Origin: Candidatus Saccharimonadota bacterium
Lineage (GTDB): Bacteria; Patescibacteriota; Saccharimonadia; Saccharimonadales; OFTM59
Assembly: GCA_029260855.1 (NCBI GenBank)
Contig: JAJDCK010000001.1
Coordinates: 1,705-65,704 of the forward strand
Length of the DNA stretch: 64,000 bases
Reading direction: 5' to 3'
In this document: positions 9,442 to 19,944 of the stretch, in pieces
How positions within the stretch are numbered: position 1 is the stretch's first letter
Layout of the letters: every line of letters starts with the position of its first letter
Notes under the pieces: generated by a model
Seen by the model: the letters and a program-made list of their open reading frames with translations, nothing else
What the model was told of the DNA's origin: nothing
Databases searched by the model: none
Position numbers and translations under genes: made by a program

Positions 9442-10032
9442 CTAAAGTCTTTTTGCTACAGCCGACCAGTTTACTACGCTCCACCAGTTCTCAATATACT
9501 CAGGCCTACGGTTTTGGTATTTCAAATAGTATGCATGCTCCCAAACATCAAGTCCAAGTAACGGTTTTATTCCATTCATGATCGGCGAATCTTGGTTGGG
9601 GGTGCTTATAATTTTTACACCGTTCCCGTCCTTCAGAAGCCAGACCCAGCCACTACCAAAACGAGCGGCGCCCGCACTAGCAAACTGTTTTTTGAACTCT
9701 TCAAAACTATCAAAAGACACTTTTATCCTATCGCTTAATTCACCGCTTGGTGAATTTTCACCTCCGGGTACCATCAGTTCCCAGAACAAACTATGGTTAT
9801 AATGTCCACCGCCATTGTTCTGTACGGCCGTGCGCTTATCTTCTGGTAACGATGAAAGATTTTGCAGCACCTCTTCAATGGTCTTGTCTGCCCATTCTGT
9901 AGCTTCCAGCGCAGTATTTAGCTTGTCAACGTATGTTTGATGGTGCTTGGAATGGTGCAACTCCATTGTTTTGGCGTCTATGTATGGCTCAAGTGCATCA
10001 TAGCTATATGGCAGTTTTGGTAGTAAAAACAT
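9442..10032 (-). CDS. sodA: Fe/Mn superoxide dismutase
   Basis: [19 protein letters not shown] and DVWEHAYYL motifs. Confidence 0.92.
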   Translation of the reverse strand: MFLLPKLPYSYDALEPYIDAKTMELHHSKHHQTYVDKLNTALEATEWADKTIEEVLQNLSSLPEDKRTAVQNNGGGHYNHSLFWELMVPGGENSPSGELSDRIKVSFDSFEEFKKQFASAGAARFGSGWVWLLKDGNGVKIISTPNQDSPIMNGIKPLLGLDVWEHAYYLKYQNRRPEYIENWWSVVNWSAVAKRL

Positions 10033-10089
10033 AGTGGCCTCCGGTTACCATACCAGTATATCAATAAGCTGGCATATAAGGCATCTAGC

Positions 10090-10962
10090 TTAGTTCTCGC
10101 TAAGGTGCTCCTTGTATACTTGCCATTCGCGGCTATTCAGTGGCAGGGCTGCCGCTAAATCAGCATAGCTAAGATTTGTGCTGAACTCGCCTTCGTCTAT
10201 AAATTCACTTGCAAGCCTGGCGGGCCTTACCGCCGTCTCCCATAAGCGGTCGTTAAAGTTTTCAACAAACTCACGGTCTGCTCCAAAATAGTAATGCATA
10301 AAGTGGTTGCCTACAGTTGTAGCCAAACGCTCCGGAAACGCTATAGAGTAATACTCAAAAATCGCGTCTTTTGACATATTTTCTATATCAGGGGTGAGCA
10401 CCAGACTAGGCGGGGCTAATTCACTAGCAACTCTCCCCATCAAACTAGCTATCCCTAATCTTTGAGTCGCTAGCGTTCTTAACCATTGCGGATCCTGCAC
10501 ACGATTTAATAAAATGCCCGCTAAACGGCCAAGCTCCCATGCCCACGTCATGTCTCTTACCTCATCTTTATGATACCGACTGTTCATTGATAACGAGGTG
10601 TCTTTTATATGGCCATATATGTTTAGGTGTATCTTAGCTACACTCATCCCCTTTGCATGCATCAGCTGCTCTTGCAAGTTTCCCCCAAAAGTCACGTCAG
10701 TATCTGTAGCTATGCTATGCGAGTCAACTGTCACATAGCCGCTTGCTTTTAGCCGGTCTGATACCCCTACTCCGTGTTTTAAAGGGACCTCCATGAGGCT
10801 TAAAGCGCTACTAACAAGCCCGATTCGTGACTCGAACATCTCAACCACATCAATCAACCCGCCTCGTTCCTTGGTAGTGTGGCGCTCATAACTGATCTGA
10901 TGAACGTTTGTCTCTAGCTCCGGATTATTCGAGCCGTCAAGCGAACTATTAACTACATGCAT
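10090..10962 (-). CDS. hypothetical protein
   Basis: 290-aa ORF in an operon-like position after trmD. No recognisable motifs. Confidence 0.55.
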   Translation of the reverse strand: MHVVNSSLDGSNNPELETNVHQISYERHTTKERGGLIDVVEMFESRIGLVSSALSLMEVPLKHGVGVSDRLKASGYVTVDSHSIATDTDVTFGGNLQEQLMHAKGMSVAKIHLNIYGHIKDTSLSMNSRYHKDEVRDMTWAWELGRLAGILLNRVQDPQWLRTLATQRLGIASLMGRVASELAPPSLVLTPDIENMSKDAIFEYYSIAFPERLATTVGNHFMHYYFGADREFVENFNDRLWETAVRPARLASEFIDEGEFSTNLSYADLAAALPLNSREWQVYKEHLSEN

Positions 10963-10983
10963 TTACTTTTTATATCATTATTA

Positions 10984-11664
10984 TTAATTTTGTTCAACCG
11001 CACGGCTATTTTTGTTACGCCATTTTTCAATTTCGGCATGATGACCCTTCAATAAAACGTCCGGTACCTTCATGCCCCGAAAGTCTTCCGGGCGGGTATA
11101 TTGTGGAAATTCTAGAGTCTTACCATCACTAAAACTTTCTATCTCAGTGCTTTTAGCACCGCCGAGCACCCCCGGCAAAAGCCTCACAACCGCATCCGTC
11201 ACGATCATAGCGGGCAGCTCACCACCAGTTAATACATAATCGCCTATTGATATCTGCTCGTCTATAAAAGCTGTCACGCGCTCATCATAGCCCTCGTAGC
11301 GAGCACAGACCAGGATCAGATTATCGAGCTGCGCAAGCTCTTTAGCTTTAGCCTGATTAAACCGCTCCCCTCGCGGCGTCATTAGAACCACTTTTTGCTT
11401 TTTGCTTTTTGCTTTTTGCGATTCATTCCCGTCATACGCTTTAGCTGCTTCAATAGCTGCCACAAGCGGCTCAGGCTTAAGCAGCATACCGTCGCCCCCA
11501 CCGTAAGGAGTATCATCAACCGTCTTGCGCTTTCCTAGGCCAAAGTCACGCAGATTTATATACGAATATTCAACAATTCCCTTGTCTTTAGCCTTGAACA
11601 ACATGCTAGTCTCCAGCACGGGCGGGAACATCTCTGGGAATAAACTAATAATCTGTATTAACAT
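10984..11664 (-). CDS. trmD: tRNA (guanine37-N1)-methyltransferase
   Basis: TrmD pattern: DDTPYGGGDGMLL, RYEGYDERV, SIGDYVLTGGELPAM. Confidence 0.92.
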   Translation of the reverse strand: MLIQIISLFPEMFPPVLETSMLFKAKDKGIVEYSYINLRDFGLGKRKTVDDTPYGGGDGMLLKPEPLVAAIEAAKAYDGNESQKAKSKKQKVVLMTPRGERFNQAKAKELAQLDNLILVCARYEGYDERVTAFIDEQISIGDYVLTGGELPAMIVTDAVVRLLPGVLGGAKSTEIESFSDGKTLEFPQYTRPEDFRGMKVPDVLLKGHHAEIEKWRNKNSRAVEQN

Positions 11665-11898
11665 CTCTAGGTATCATCCCATAAAATACAAAAACCTGCA
11701 ATTAAGCAGGTTTTTGTATCACATAAAGCTCCCATCTTCGCCAAGGCTTCGATGGGTAAACCCATTTTTTCCTCGAACGACTATGGCTCGCAGAGCTTTT
11801 ATATTTTTGTATTTGTTTTTTAACGCTGACGTCGCAGCCGTCAATAACTCAGCTATTGTAGCTGATTATGTTTTACCAAACAAGCCGTTTTCCACATA

Positions 11899-12354
11899 TT
11901 AAATATCTAGGTCGTCAAGGTCGCTAAGTTCTTGGCGGGTTCTTCGCAAAGCGTCACTTTCTTTTTCTTCTGGTTCTTCAGCCGGCCCCTGACTTGATGA
12001 TATTTCGTCTGGAGAGGTGTATTCGTCATTATCATCGTTACTGGTCTGGGCAGGCACGGTAGCTGCGCTGGCGTCGTCAGAGCTGCGCGTTGGACGTTCG
12101 CCATTTGACGTATCGATAATTTTCAGGTTGTAGCGGGCGTCATTTTTGGTGCCAAGTGCACGCAGTAATGTGCGTAGGCTTTGAGCAGTTGCACCACGCT
12201 TGCCGATTACCCTGCCCAGGTCTTCTGGGTCTACGGTGAGTTCAAGCAAGACGCCTTTTTCATCAACCCGTCTGTCAACCTTGACCGCGTCTGGTTTACT
12301 GACTACTGATTTTACGATAAATTCTATAAACTGTTGGTCAATAGTCGCATTCAT
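11899..12354 (-). CDS. KH-domain RNA-binding protein (YlqC/UPF0109-like) with an acidic C-terminal tail
   Basis: VIGKRGATAQSLRTLL KH core. Located between rpsP and trmD. Confidence 0.75.
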   Translation of the reverse strand: MNATIDQQFIEFIVKSVVSKPDAVKVDRRVDEKGVLLELTVDPEDLGRVIGKRGATAQSLRTLLRALGTKNDARYNLKIIDTSNGERPTRSSDDASAATVPAQTSNDDNDEYTSPDEISSSQGPAEEPEEKESDALRRTRQELSDLDDLDI

Positions 12355-12443
12355 GTACTGTCTATCCCTCCTTTTTCAGTCACTTGATGTACTGCCATTA
12401 TAGCAAATAAGTTGCTTATGTTCAGTGGCAAAAGATAAATATA

Positions 12444-12950
12444 TTAGATAATTTTTTCGTCATTAGCCGGCTTTTCAGAGCTTGCTTCAACAGCAATTTC
12501 TGTAGCGACGGAGGTTTCTGCTGGGGATTCTGCTACTGCTTCCACGACGACTTCAGCTGAGGTATCTGTGGTTTCAACTACAGCTTCTTCAGTTAGCTCC
12601 TCTTGCGGAGTCTTGGCAGCTGGAGTAGCTTTCTCGGCCGGGCGGTTGCGGCGGAGTTTGTCAGTATTCTTGATAACACCTTTTTTCTTGGCAGCAACCT
12701 GGACCCAGTCAGGCAATTTAACCTTTTCAGACTTCAGGATAGTTACGACACGAGGTGATGGTTGAGCTCCATTCTCAAGGTAAAAAGTAGCTTTTTCTTT
12801 GTCTAAAACCGTTAGCTTAGAGTGAGGGTTATAATGACCTAGCTGAGCGACAACCTTTCCGCTGGCAGGCGAGCGGCGGGCATCCTGAACAATCACGCGG
12901 AACTCTGCGTGACCTTTACGACCTGTACGTTGCATACGAATAGCTAGCAT
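12444..12950 (-). CDS. rpsP: 30S ribosomal protein S16 with a long low-complexity C-terminal extension
   Basis: Start taken at MLAIRMQRTGRKGHAEFRVIV. Canonical S16 N-terminus. Confidence 0.9.
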   Translation of the reverse strand: MLAIRMQRTGRKGHAEFRVIVQDARRSPASGKVVAQLGHYNPHSKLTVLDKEKATFYLENGAQPSPRVVTILKSEKVKLPDWVQVAAKKKGVIKNTDKLRRNRPAEKATPAAKTPQEELTEEAVVETTDTSAEVVVEAVAESPAETSVATEIAVEASSEKPANDEKII

Positions 12951-13057
12951 GTATCTTGTTCTCTTCTCTCCACCCAACGGCGAATTTATAGCTTATACAA
13001 CAATCCTGTGTATTCTACAGATAACCACCCCTTATGTCAACCTTATGGAATATTTGT

Positions 13058-13474
13058 TCAGTTATAGACACTAAGACAGGGAATATTTATTTCATGCAGT
13101 ACTGCGTCTTTACGCACCATACTTACTAATAAATCGGCCTCTCGGAGTGTTGCTGTTCCCAGTATTTTGCCCTGTTCTAGTCTTCTGAGGGTGTCAGCTG
13201 TTTGTTCAAAGCGCTTTTCAACCTCTAAAGGTTCAATGCCATTTATTCCGCTAATACGGCTTTTTATGCCTTTTATGTCTAGCGTGGTAACAGGTTGGTG
13301 GTTTTTGTCTTCTTCCTGAGCACTAAGTCTTAAGGCTAGTTCACCGCAGCTTAGTTTATAATAATCATGCAAAGGATCAAATGGCCGACTATCGGCCAAA
13401 CCAAGGGCTTCTTGCACCAAACCCGTTAGTTGTCTTAGCGGCTCACGCCGTACATCCATATATGGCATAGACAT
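13058..13474 (-). CDS. hypothetical protein
   Basis: 138-aa ORF with a TGgTATAAT-like element upstream. No recognisable motifs. Confidence 0.5.
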   Translation of the reverse strand: MSMPYMDVRREPLRQLTGLVQEALGLADSRPFDPLHDYYKLSCGELALRLSAQEEDKNHQPVTTLDIKGIKSRISGINGIEPLEVEKRFEQTADTLRRLEQGKILGTATLREADLLVSMVRKDAVLHEINIPCLSVYN

Positions 13475-13570
13475 ATATTTATCCTTTTTGTCTATATTAC
13501 TACATCTGTAGAATATATAATATTCACGTATATAATTATATTATACCACAGTTGTAAAGTATTTACAACT

Positions 13571-14269
13571 TTAAGTCTGGTATTTTTTAAGAGCGGCTTC
13601 GGCAGCGCCGACTTGGCCGATTTGCTTACTGGGGCCAGTCCCTTTGCCTTGTAATACACCGTTCACGTATACGCCCACGGTAAATATCTTATCGTGATCA
13701 GGGCCTTCTTCTGCTAATACTTTATAAACAGGCGTAAAACCATCTTGGTTTTGTACAAGCTCTTGCAGGTTGGATTTTGGATCCATCCATGACCCTGCCT
13801 TAAGAATCCCCTCAAATGTAACAAGCAAGCTCTTGGCTATGAAGTCTTTGGTAGCCTCGTAGCCTTTGTCCAAATACAATGCGCCTACAACAGCTTCGTA
13901 ACAATTAGCGAGTATCTGGGCCCTTGCCCTATTCGTGCCACGCTTCTCGCCGCGACTCAGCCGTAACAACGGCTCAAAGTCAAAACGATGTGCTGCAGCA
14001 CCGATACTCTCTGTGCGTACTAGTGAGCTTCGCCAATTAGTCAGGGTGCCCTCTGGTTCTGTAAAGTTGGCGTATAAGTATTCTGTGACTATTAGCTCTA
14101 GCACAGCGTCACCCAAAAACTCCAGACGCTCATTGTGTTCAGAAGCTGTCTTACGATGTTCGTTTACGTAGGACCGATGAGTAAAAGCCGTTACAAGCAA
14201 GCTCGCGTCGCTAAACACTACGCCTAGCTTATCTTTGGCAAATGCTTGGTAGATTGAAGTGTCTTGCAT
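13571..14269 (-). CDS. rnc: ribonuclease III
   Basis: NERLEFLGDAVL signature plus a C-terminal dsRBD. Confidence 0.92.
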   Translation of the reverse strand: MQDTSIYQAFAKDKLGVVFSDASLLVTAFTHRSYVNEHRKTASEHNERLEFLGDAVLELIVTEYLYANFTEPEGTLTNWRSSLVRTESIGAAAHRFDFEPLLRLSRGEKRGTNRARAQILANCYEAVVGALYLDKGYEATKDFIAKSLLVTFEGILKAGSWMDPKSNLQELVQNQDGFTPVYKVLAEEGPDHDKIFTVGVYVNGVLQGKGTGPSKQIGQVGAAEAALKKYQT

Positions 14270-14274
14270 AAATT

Positions 14275-14775
14275 CTACGTGTTAAAGTTCCTGATCTTTT
14301 TTAATCCAAGTAGGATTAGTTTTCCAATGTCATCATACTCTATTTTATCTAGCGCCTCACTGGCGGGGAACCATTTGATTCCGTTCATCCAGTCTTCTGG
14401 GTGCACGTCATCAGTGTCTCCAAGCCCTTGGATTAGAAAAATCTCGGTGGTCATCAGCACTAAGCTTGAGCCTCTGCGGTAACGAAAATTGATCTTACCC
14501 AACCAGTTAAGCACCTTCATCGCTTTCAGGCCAGTTTCTTCACCAACTTCACGCTCGGCAGTTTCTTTGGCGGACTCCCCTTCTTCTATGTGCCCTTTGG
14601 GGATAGTCCAGCGATTTTTGGCATCTTGAATTAACAGTATTTCAACTTCGTTGGTTCTTTGGTCGCGCCTGAACACAACGCCACCAGCTGTAGGTTCGCG
14701 CACAACTTCGTTGATCGTCGGCTTCCGATTAGCAACAAATTTTTTAAATCCATGGATGGGTTTAGGTCTTTTCAT
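14275..14775 (-). CDS. NUDIX hydrolase
   Basis: Nudix box GHIEEGESAKETAEREVGEETGL. Confidence 0.85.
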   Translation of the reverse strand: MKRPKPIHGFKKFVANRKPTINEVVREPTAGGVVFRRDQRTNEVEILLIQDAKNRWTIPKGHIEEGESAKETAEREVGEETGLKAMKVLNWLGKINFRYRRGSSLVLMTTEIFLIQGLGDTDDVHPEDWMNGIKWFPASEALDKIEYDDIGKLILLGLKKIRNFNT

Positions 14776-15251
14776 AATTCTTTGGCCTTATCGTTGAGGT
14801 GAGTCTTCTTGACTGGTCTCGATTTATCTTGTCGTTGACGTAGAACTGTTCCTAGAACACCGTTGACAAACTTAGAAGAGTTGTCGCCCCCAAATCCTTT
14901 CGCCAATTCCACCGCTTCGTTAATCACAACTTTCGGCGGGATACTCTTCTCGTGCAGCAGTTCATAAACCCCCAGCCTTAGTACCAATCGGTCCATGCGA
15001 GCTATCTGGTCAATGGGCCATTCGGGCGCCACCGGTTGAATGATTGCGTCTAGCTCGTCTTTGCGCTCGGTTATACCGTTAACTAGGCGCTCAATAAAGT
15101 CTTCGTCGTCAACTAGCGTCTTGTAGCGATGTATATTGCGTTTTGTAGACTGCTTCAGGTTAAAATTGTTGTCCTGACACTCCTGTCGAAGTTCTTGTTC
15201 GTACAGCGTCTGCAGTGCAATGATACGGCCGAGATGACGATTAGCACTCAT
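14772..15251 (-). CDS. nusB: transcription antitermination factor NusB
   Basis: NusB-like helical protein (RIIALQTLYE ... INEAVELAK). 4-nt overlap with the downstream gene. Confidence 0.85.
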   Translation of the reverse strand: MSANRHLGRIIALQTLYEQELRQECQDNNFNLKQSTKRNIHRYKTLVDDEDFIERLVNGITERKDELDAIIQPVAPEWPIDQIARMDRLVLRLGVYELLHEKSIPPKVVINEAVELAKGFGGDNSSKFVNGVLGTVLRQRQDKSRPVKKTHLNDKAKEL

Positions 15252-15302
15252 ATTGTTAAGTTAGTCCTTATCGTTCCAGTATACGCTCTGGATGGGCGTG
15301 TT

Positions 15303-15473
15303 TTAATTTTTTTCTGATTTACTGGCGGCCGAAACTGCTCTGCCGCTTTCACGCCTGGTTGTAAATGCTTTGACTGGTGATTTTGCGTTTACAGCACGAG
15401 CCAATTTAAGCACTAAATGACTGCGACGCATACCTGTCCGGCGGGGTGATGTGCGTTTTTTGGGTTTTCCCAT
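15303..15473 (-). CDS. rpmF: 50S ribosomal protein L32, 56 aa
   Basis: Below the ORF-track cutoff. Translation begins MGKPKKRTSPRRTGMRRSHLVLK..., the typical L32 N-terminus. GGAG lies upstream. Confidence 0.8.
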   Translation of the reverse strand: MGKPKKRTSPRRTGMRRSHLVLKLARAVNAKSPVKAFTTRRESGRAVSAASKSEKN

Positions 15474-15629
15474 AGCTTAGATAGCACTCCTTCTCTCTGT
15501 ATTACCGATGTATTATTCCCCCTATTCTACCCCAAATAACGACTAAAAACAACAGCTCACCCTTGTATCAGCAAAACACGCTATTACGGTTTTAATATAA
15601 TCATTAATTGTCTAAGCGCTGGACATGTA

Positions 15630-18059
15630 TTAGATTACGAAGTTAATGAGTTTGTTGGGTACATAAATAACTTTTTGAGCGGCTTTACCTTGCAAGTATT
15701 CAGCAATCTTTTCGTGCGATTGAGCGAGTTTTGTGACATCACTCTCGCTACTGGCAGCAGGCATCTCTATATTAGCCCTGACTTTGCCGTTAACCTGGAT
15801 AACAATTGTCATAGTTTCGCTTATCAGCAATTTTTCATCCCAAGATGGCCACTCACTGGTGTGGACCGACCCAGTATTACCCAGCCGTTGCCATAATTCT
15901 TCCGTTATATGAGGCGCAAAAGGCGCCAGCAATTGAATAAGCGTAGTCAACACAGCCTTCCATTGGGCTGATCCTAGTTTTGTAATCGTCTTGAGTTTGT
16001 AAAGCTCGTTGACTAGCTCCATAAGCGAGGCAATTGAGGTATTAAAACCAAGCTCGTGCATGTCTAGACTAACTGCCTTGGTAGCTTTTGCTAAAGCCCG
16101 TGGTAATTCTGGTGTGATGTCTTCAGATTCTTCTGACGCAATATGTTCCTGAACCAGTGTCCAAACACGCTGCAAAAATCTAAATGTGCCGCCCATACCT
16201 TCTACGCTCCAGGCCGCTGATTGATTCCAGGGGCCGATAAACAGTTCCATCAAACGGATAGAGTCCGCTCCGTAGCCTTGGCTAATCAGTTCATCGGGAG
16301 ATATTACATTGCCCTTGCTTTTACTCATTTTCTGGCCATCGGGGGCTAGAATATTGCCCTGATTACGGAGAGTCTTAAATGGTTCCTTAAATTCTATAAG
16401 GCCTTCATCAAACATCACCTTTGTCCAAAAACGAGCATAGAGTAAATGCATAACTGCATGGTCTGCTCCGCCAATGTAATCATCTACAGGCAGCCAGAAC
16501 TCAGCCTTACTTTTATCAAAGGCCGCATTGGCGTTATGCGGGTCAGCAAAACGTAAAAAATACCAACTACTACAGGCAAAACCATCCATAGTATCGGTTT
16601 CTCGCTCGGCCGGGCCGCCGCATTTAGGACAAGGCACATTGACAAATTCCTCTACGCGCGCCAGTGGGCTTCTGCCATCACCGCTGGGTTCATAGCTTTC
16701 TATTTCTGGAATGATCACTGGCAGTTGATCTTCTGGCACAGCTACCGCACCGTCCTTAGGACAATGGATTATCGGTATCGGCGCGCCCCAGTAGCGCTGA
16801 CGACTGATTAGCCAATCGCGGATTTTATAGTTGACGTGCTCGTCAGCAACACCGCTCTTATTTAGGTCAGCCACAATTTGCTCACGTGCTTCTTCTGAGC
16901 GCATGTCATCATATATACCGGAATTCATCATTAAACCCTCGTCGTGGGTGCAGGCCTCATCTGGTGCCTCATTTTGAACTACACGTATAATCGGCAGTTT
17001 GTATTTCTTTGCAAACTTCCAGTCACGTTCATCGTGCGCCGGCACTGCCATAATCGCTCCAGTTCCATAACCGCCAAGTACGTAGTCCGCAATCCAAACA
17101 GGAATTTTTGCATTATTTGCGGGGTTAGTGGCATATGAGCCTGTAAAAATACCTGTCTTTTCCCTGTCTGTTTCTTGCCTTTCTATATCACTTTTGGCCT
17201 GTGATTCTTTGACATAATCTTCTATGGATTTTTTCTGTCCAGTAGTTGTTATACGTTTAACCAGTGGATGTTCTGGAGCTAGGACCATAAAAGTGGCTCC
17301 GAATAAAGTGTCTGCCCTAGTAGTAAAAACGCGTATAACTTCACTACCCTCAGCCAGTTTGAAATCTATTTCAGCACCGGTGCTTTTGCCAATCCAATTT
17401 CGCTGCATTGTTTTGATTGCGTCGGACCACTCCAGATCTCCCAAATCCTCCAACAAACGATCGGCATACTCTGTGATTTTAAAGAACCATTGTTTTAAAG
17501 ATTTCTTCTCTACGTCACTACCACAGCGCCAGCACTTACCAGCTTCAACTTGCTCGTTTGCCAGTACAGTTTTATCAACAGGGCACCACCATTGGAGTCC
17601 TGTTTGCTGATAAGCTAAGCCTCTCTTATACAAAAGTAAAAACAGCCACTGTGTCCATTTATAATAACTTGGGTCGCTACTGTTTATTTCTCGTGACCAG
17701 TCGTAACTGAAGCCCATCTGGGCCAACTGTTCTTTAAATTTTGCCGATGCCTCTTTAATCATCAGGCTCGGGCTATTACCAGTTTTGATAGCATAATTTT
17801 CAGCCGGTAATCCAAAAGCATCCCAGCCCATAGGGTGGAGTACGTTTTGACCCTGCATGCGTGCAAAGCGAGCAATAACATCACCGATAGCATAATTACG
17901 TACATGGCCAACATGCATTGCTGCGCCACTTAAGTAAGGGAAAAATTCTAATACATACCGCTTGGGTTTGCTCGGATCTTCGCTGGCACGATAAATACCC
18001 TGCTCTTCCCAGGTTTTCTGCCACTTAGGTTCAATCTCTTTCGGATTATAGCGTTTCAC
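15630..18059 (-). CDS. leuS: leucyl-tRNA synthetase
   Basis: HVGH (HIGH) and KMSKS motifs. 809 aa with LeuRS-type CP1 and a zinc region. Confidence 0.95.
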   Translation of the reverse strand: MKRYNPKEIEPKWQKTWEEQGIYRASEDPSKPKRYVLEFFPYLSGAAMHVGHVRNYAIGDVIARFARMQGQNVLHPMGWDAFGLPAENYAIKTGNSPSLMIKEASAKFKEQLAQMGFSYDWSREINSSDPSYYKWTQWLFLLLYKRGLAYQQTGLQWWCPVDKTVLANEQVEAGKCWRCGSDVEKKSLKQWFFKITEYADRLLEDLGDLEWSDAIKTMQRNWIGKSTGAEIDFKLAEGSEVIRVFTTRADTLFGATFMVLAPEHPLVKRITTTGQKKSIEDYVKESQAKSDIERQETDREKTGIFTGSYATNPANNAKIPVWIADYVLGGYGTGAIMAVPAHDERDWKFAKKYKLPIIRVVQNEAPDEACTHDEGLMMNSGIYDDMRSEEAREQIVADLNKSGVADEHVNYKIRDWLISRQRYWGAPIPIIHCPKDGAVAVPEDQLPVIIPEIESYEPSGDGRSPLARVEEFVNVPCPKCGGPAERETDTMDGFACSSWYFLRFADPHNANAAFDKSKAEFWLPVDDYIGGADHAVMHLLYARFWTKVMFDEGLIEFKEPFKTLRNQGNILAPDGQKMSKSKGNVISPDELISQGYGADSIRLMELFIGPWNQSAAWSVEGMGGTFRFLQRVWTLVQEHIASEESEDITPELPRALAKATKAVSLDMHELGFNTSIASLMELVNELYKLKTITKLGSAQWKAVLTTLIQLLAPFAPHITEELWQRLGNTGSVHTSEWPSWDEKLLISETMTIVIQVNGKVRANIEMPAASSESDVTKLAQSHEKIAEYLQGKAAQKVIYVPNKLINFVI

Positions 18060-18084
18060 GCATTCACCTTATCACAAGAGGTGG

Positions 18085-19023
18085 CTAGGAGACAATCTGG
18101 CGCCAGTTGCCGAAGTCGTTGTCAGTGCCGCGCTGAACGGCTTCATATTTTTGCATAAGTTTGTTTGTAATCGGTCCGATGGCGCCACCATTGATTGGAC
18201 GCTTATCTACAGACAATACCGGGGTGATTCGTACGCTGCTGCCGCAGAGAAATGCTTCCTCGCATTTGTATAGTTCCGTCCGGTCAATACTGCGTTCTTC
18301 AACTTCTATGCCAAGTTTTGGAGCGATTTCCAGCAGGCTGTCGCGGGTAATGCCTTCCAAAATATCGGTCGAGGTATCTGGTGTTGCAAGTTTTCCATTA
18401 CGAACGACAAACAAATTTGCTACTGTCGCCTCGGCAACGTGTCCATTATGATCAAGCGCGATTGCTTCGTCGTAGCCATTCAGTAGGGCCTCGTTTTTCA
18501 TGAGTGAGGCGTTTACGTAGCTGCCGTTTATTTTGGCTTTGGCAGGGATTGAATTATCAACATTGCGCACCCAGCTGGAGATACAGGCATTAATACCGCT
18601 CCGCGACAGCACTTCTCCGAGAGGATAAATATAGGCGCTTAAACTATTCTTTAAGCCGTGTATTTTTGTACCAGCTACCAGCTCATCAACAAACACTGTC
18701 ACCCGAACCAGCGCGTCTTCCTGGATATTGTTACGGTTGATAAGCTCCAGCATGGTTTGCTCGAATTTTTCCCACGGCCACTCGCTGGCGAAGCTGTCAA
18801 AATCCATAATCTTCGCAGAGTTCACCAGCCGGCTGTAATGCTCTCGCAGCCGAAAAATATATAGCTTTTGCTGTTGCTTATTCCAGTTCAAACTAAAAAC
18901 CGTGTAGACAGAAAGCCCATACAAAACCGGCGAACTAGCAATGCTGACGTTTGCTTGTTCAAACGGTACGAAATCATTACGAAAAAACGCTTCACTTTTT
19001 TTATAATCAAACATGTTTCCCAT
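18085..19023 (-). CDS. class IV aminotransferase (branched-chain or D-amino-acid aminotransferase)
   Basis: Fold-type IV pattern (NGYDEAIALD, EATVANLF, GITR). Its position next to ddl and murF suggests a D-amino-acid role, which is inference. Confidence 0.75.
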   Translation of the reverse strand: MGNMFDYKKSEAFFRNDFVPFEQANVSIASSPVLYGLSVYTVFSLNWNKQQQKLYIFRLREHYSRLVNSAKIMDFDSFASEWPWEKFEQTMLELINRNNIQEDALVRVTVFVDELVAGTKIHGLKNSLSAYIYPLGEVLSRSGINACISSWVRNVDNSIPAKAKINGSYVNASLMKNEALLNGYDEAIALDHNGHVAEATVANLFVVRNGKLATPDTSTDILEGITRDSLLEIAPKLGIEVEERSIDRTELYKCEEAFLCGSSVRITPVLSVDKRPINGGAIGPITNKLMQKYEAVQRGTDNDFGNWRQIVS

Positions 19024-19032
19024 TATACCTTC

Positions 19033-19944
19033 TTAAAGTTTATAGTCTCGTTTCACTAACTCAACAAATTTTTTCATAAGTTCTGGGAAAGTCATGCCTG
19101 CTACTGCTGCAGCTTTGGGGTATAGGCTTTGGTTGGTCATCCCTGGTATTGTGTTAATTTCTAATATAATCAAATCTCCACTAGGACGTACGATCATGTC
19201 TACGCGTGATAAGTGCCGGGCACCTGTGACTTTATGTACTTGCTCCGCCAAAAATTTAGCTTTTGTTTGTAGGGCCTCATCAATAGAGACAGGCGGACAA
19301 AGCTCTTCAGTCTTGCCGTTATATTTGTTTTCATAATCAAATTCTCCCGCTTCAGGCGGTCTAATCTCAATGACAGGTAGCGCTGTTTGATCTAATATAG
19401 GCACCGTAATCTCTATGCCCTCAATTAACTCTTCTATTACAGCGCTCTGACTAACACGAAACACTTCAGCCAATTTTTCCGGGCTAGCGTCTTTAGGGTC
19501 ACGGACAATAAGCGTACCGATGCTTGACCCGCCCCCTACCGCCTTTACTACATGTGGCAGCTTGCGTAGGTCACTACTTTCATAGGCTTCCTCGGTAATT
19601 AATTCGCCCTTTGCAACCGGCAGCCCGGCTTCTTGTAGCGCTCTCCTGGTTAGCCACTTATCAAAACACATTGTGGAGTTTGTGCTGTCTGTACCTAGAT
19701 ATGGAAGTCCCCGCTGCTCTAATTCTGCTTGTATACTACCGTCTTCACCGCCAGCACCATGTAAAATCGGAAAGACTATGCCTTCTTGAACAATTAGCTC
19801 GTCCAAAACCGACAAGCCCTCAGTCGGGTCAGCAAAAGTATTTTCAAATCCTGCCTCTTCCAGTGCTTGACTAACTGCTGTTGCCGAACGTATTGACACA
19901 TCTCGCTCCGGTGAATTCCCGCCGCCAAGAACTAATACTTTCAT
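19033..19944 (-). CDS. ddl: D-alanine--D-alanine ligase
   Basis: MKVLVLGGGNSPERDVSIRS N-terminus and an ATP-grasp C-terminus (EINTIPGMT). Confidence 0.9.
   Translation of the reverse strand: MKVLVLGGGNSPERDVSIRSATAVSQALEEAGFENTFADPTEGLSVLDELIVQEGIVFPILHGAGGEDGSIQAELEQRGLPYLGTDSTNSTMCFDKWLTRRALQEAGLPVAKGELITEEAYESSDLRKLPHVVKAVGGGSSIGTLIVRDPKDASPEKLAEVFRVSQSAVIEELIEGIEITVPILDQTALPVIEIRPPEAGEFDYENKYNGKTEELCPPVSIDEALQTKAKFLAEQVHKVTGARHLSRVDMIVRPSGDLIILEINTIPGMTNQSLYPKAAAVAGMTFPELMKKFVELVKRDYKL

Noticed and set aside
13500-13511. Palindrome CTACATCTGTAG shares the 10-mer TACATCTGTA with the operator-like palindrome at 34950-34965
   Set aside because: Many 10-mer matches between two sites are expected by chance in 64 kb, so it is not enough to propose a shared regulator.
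13551-13569. Hairpin GTTGTAAA-TAC-TTTACAAC immediately after the rnc stop, considered as an intrinsic terminator
   Set aside because: The stem is all-AT and no U-tract follows on the minus strand. It overlaps a TGgTATAAT promoter-like element instead, so the call is ambiguous.
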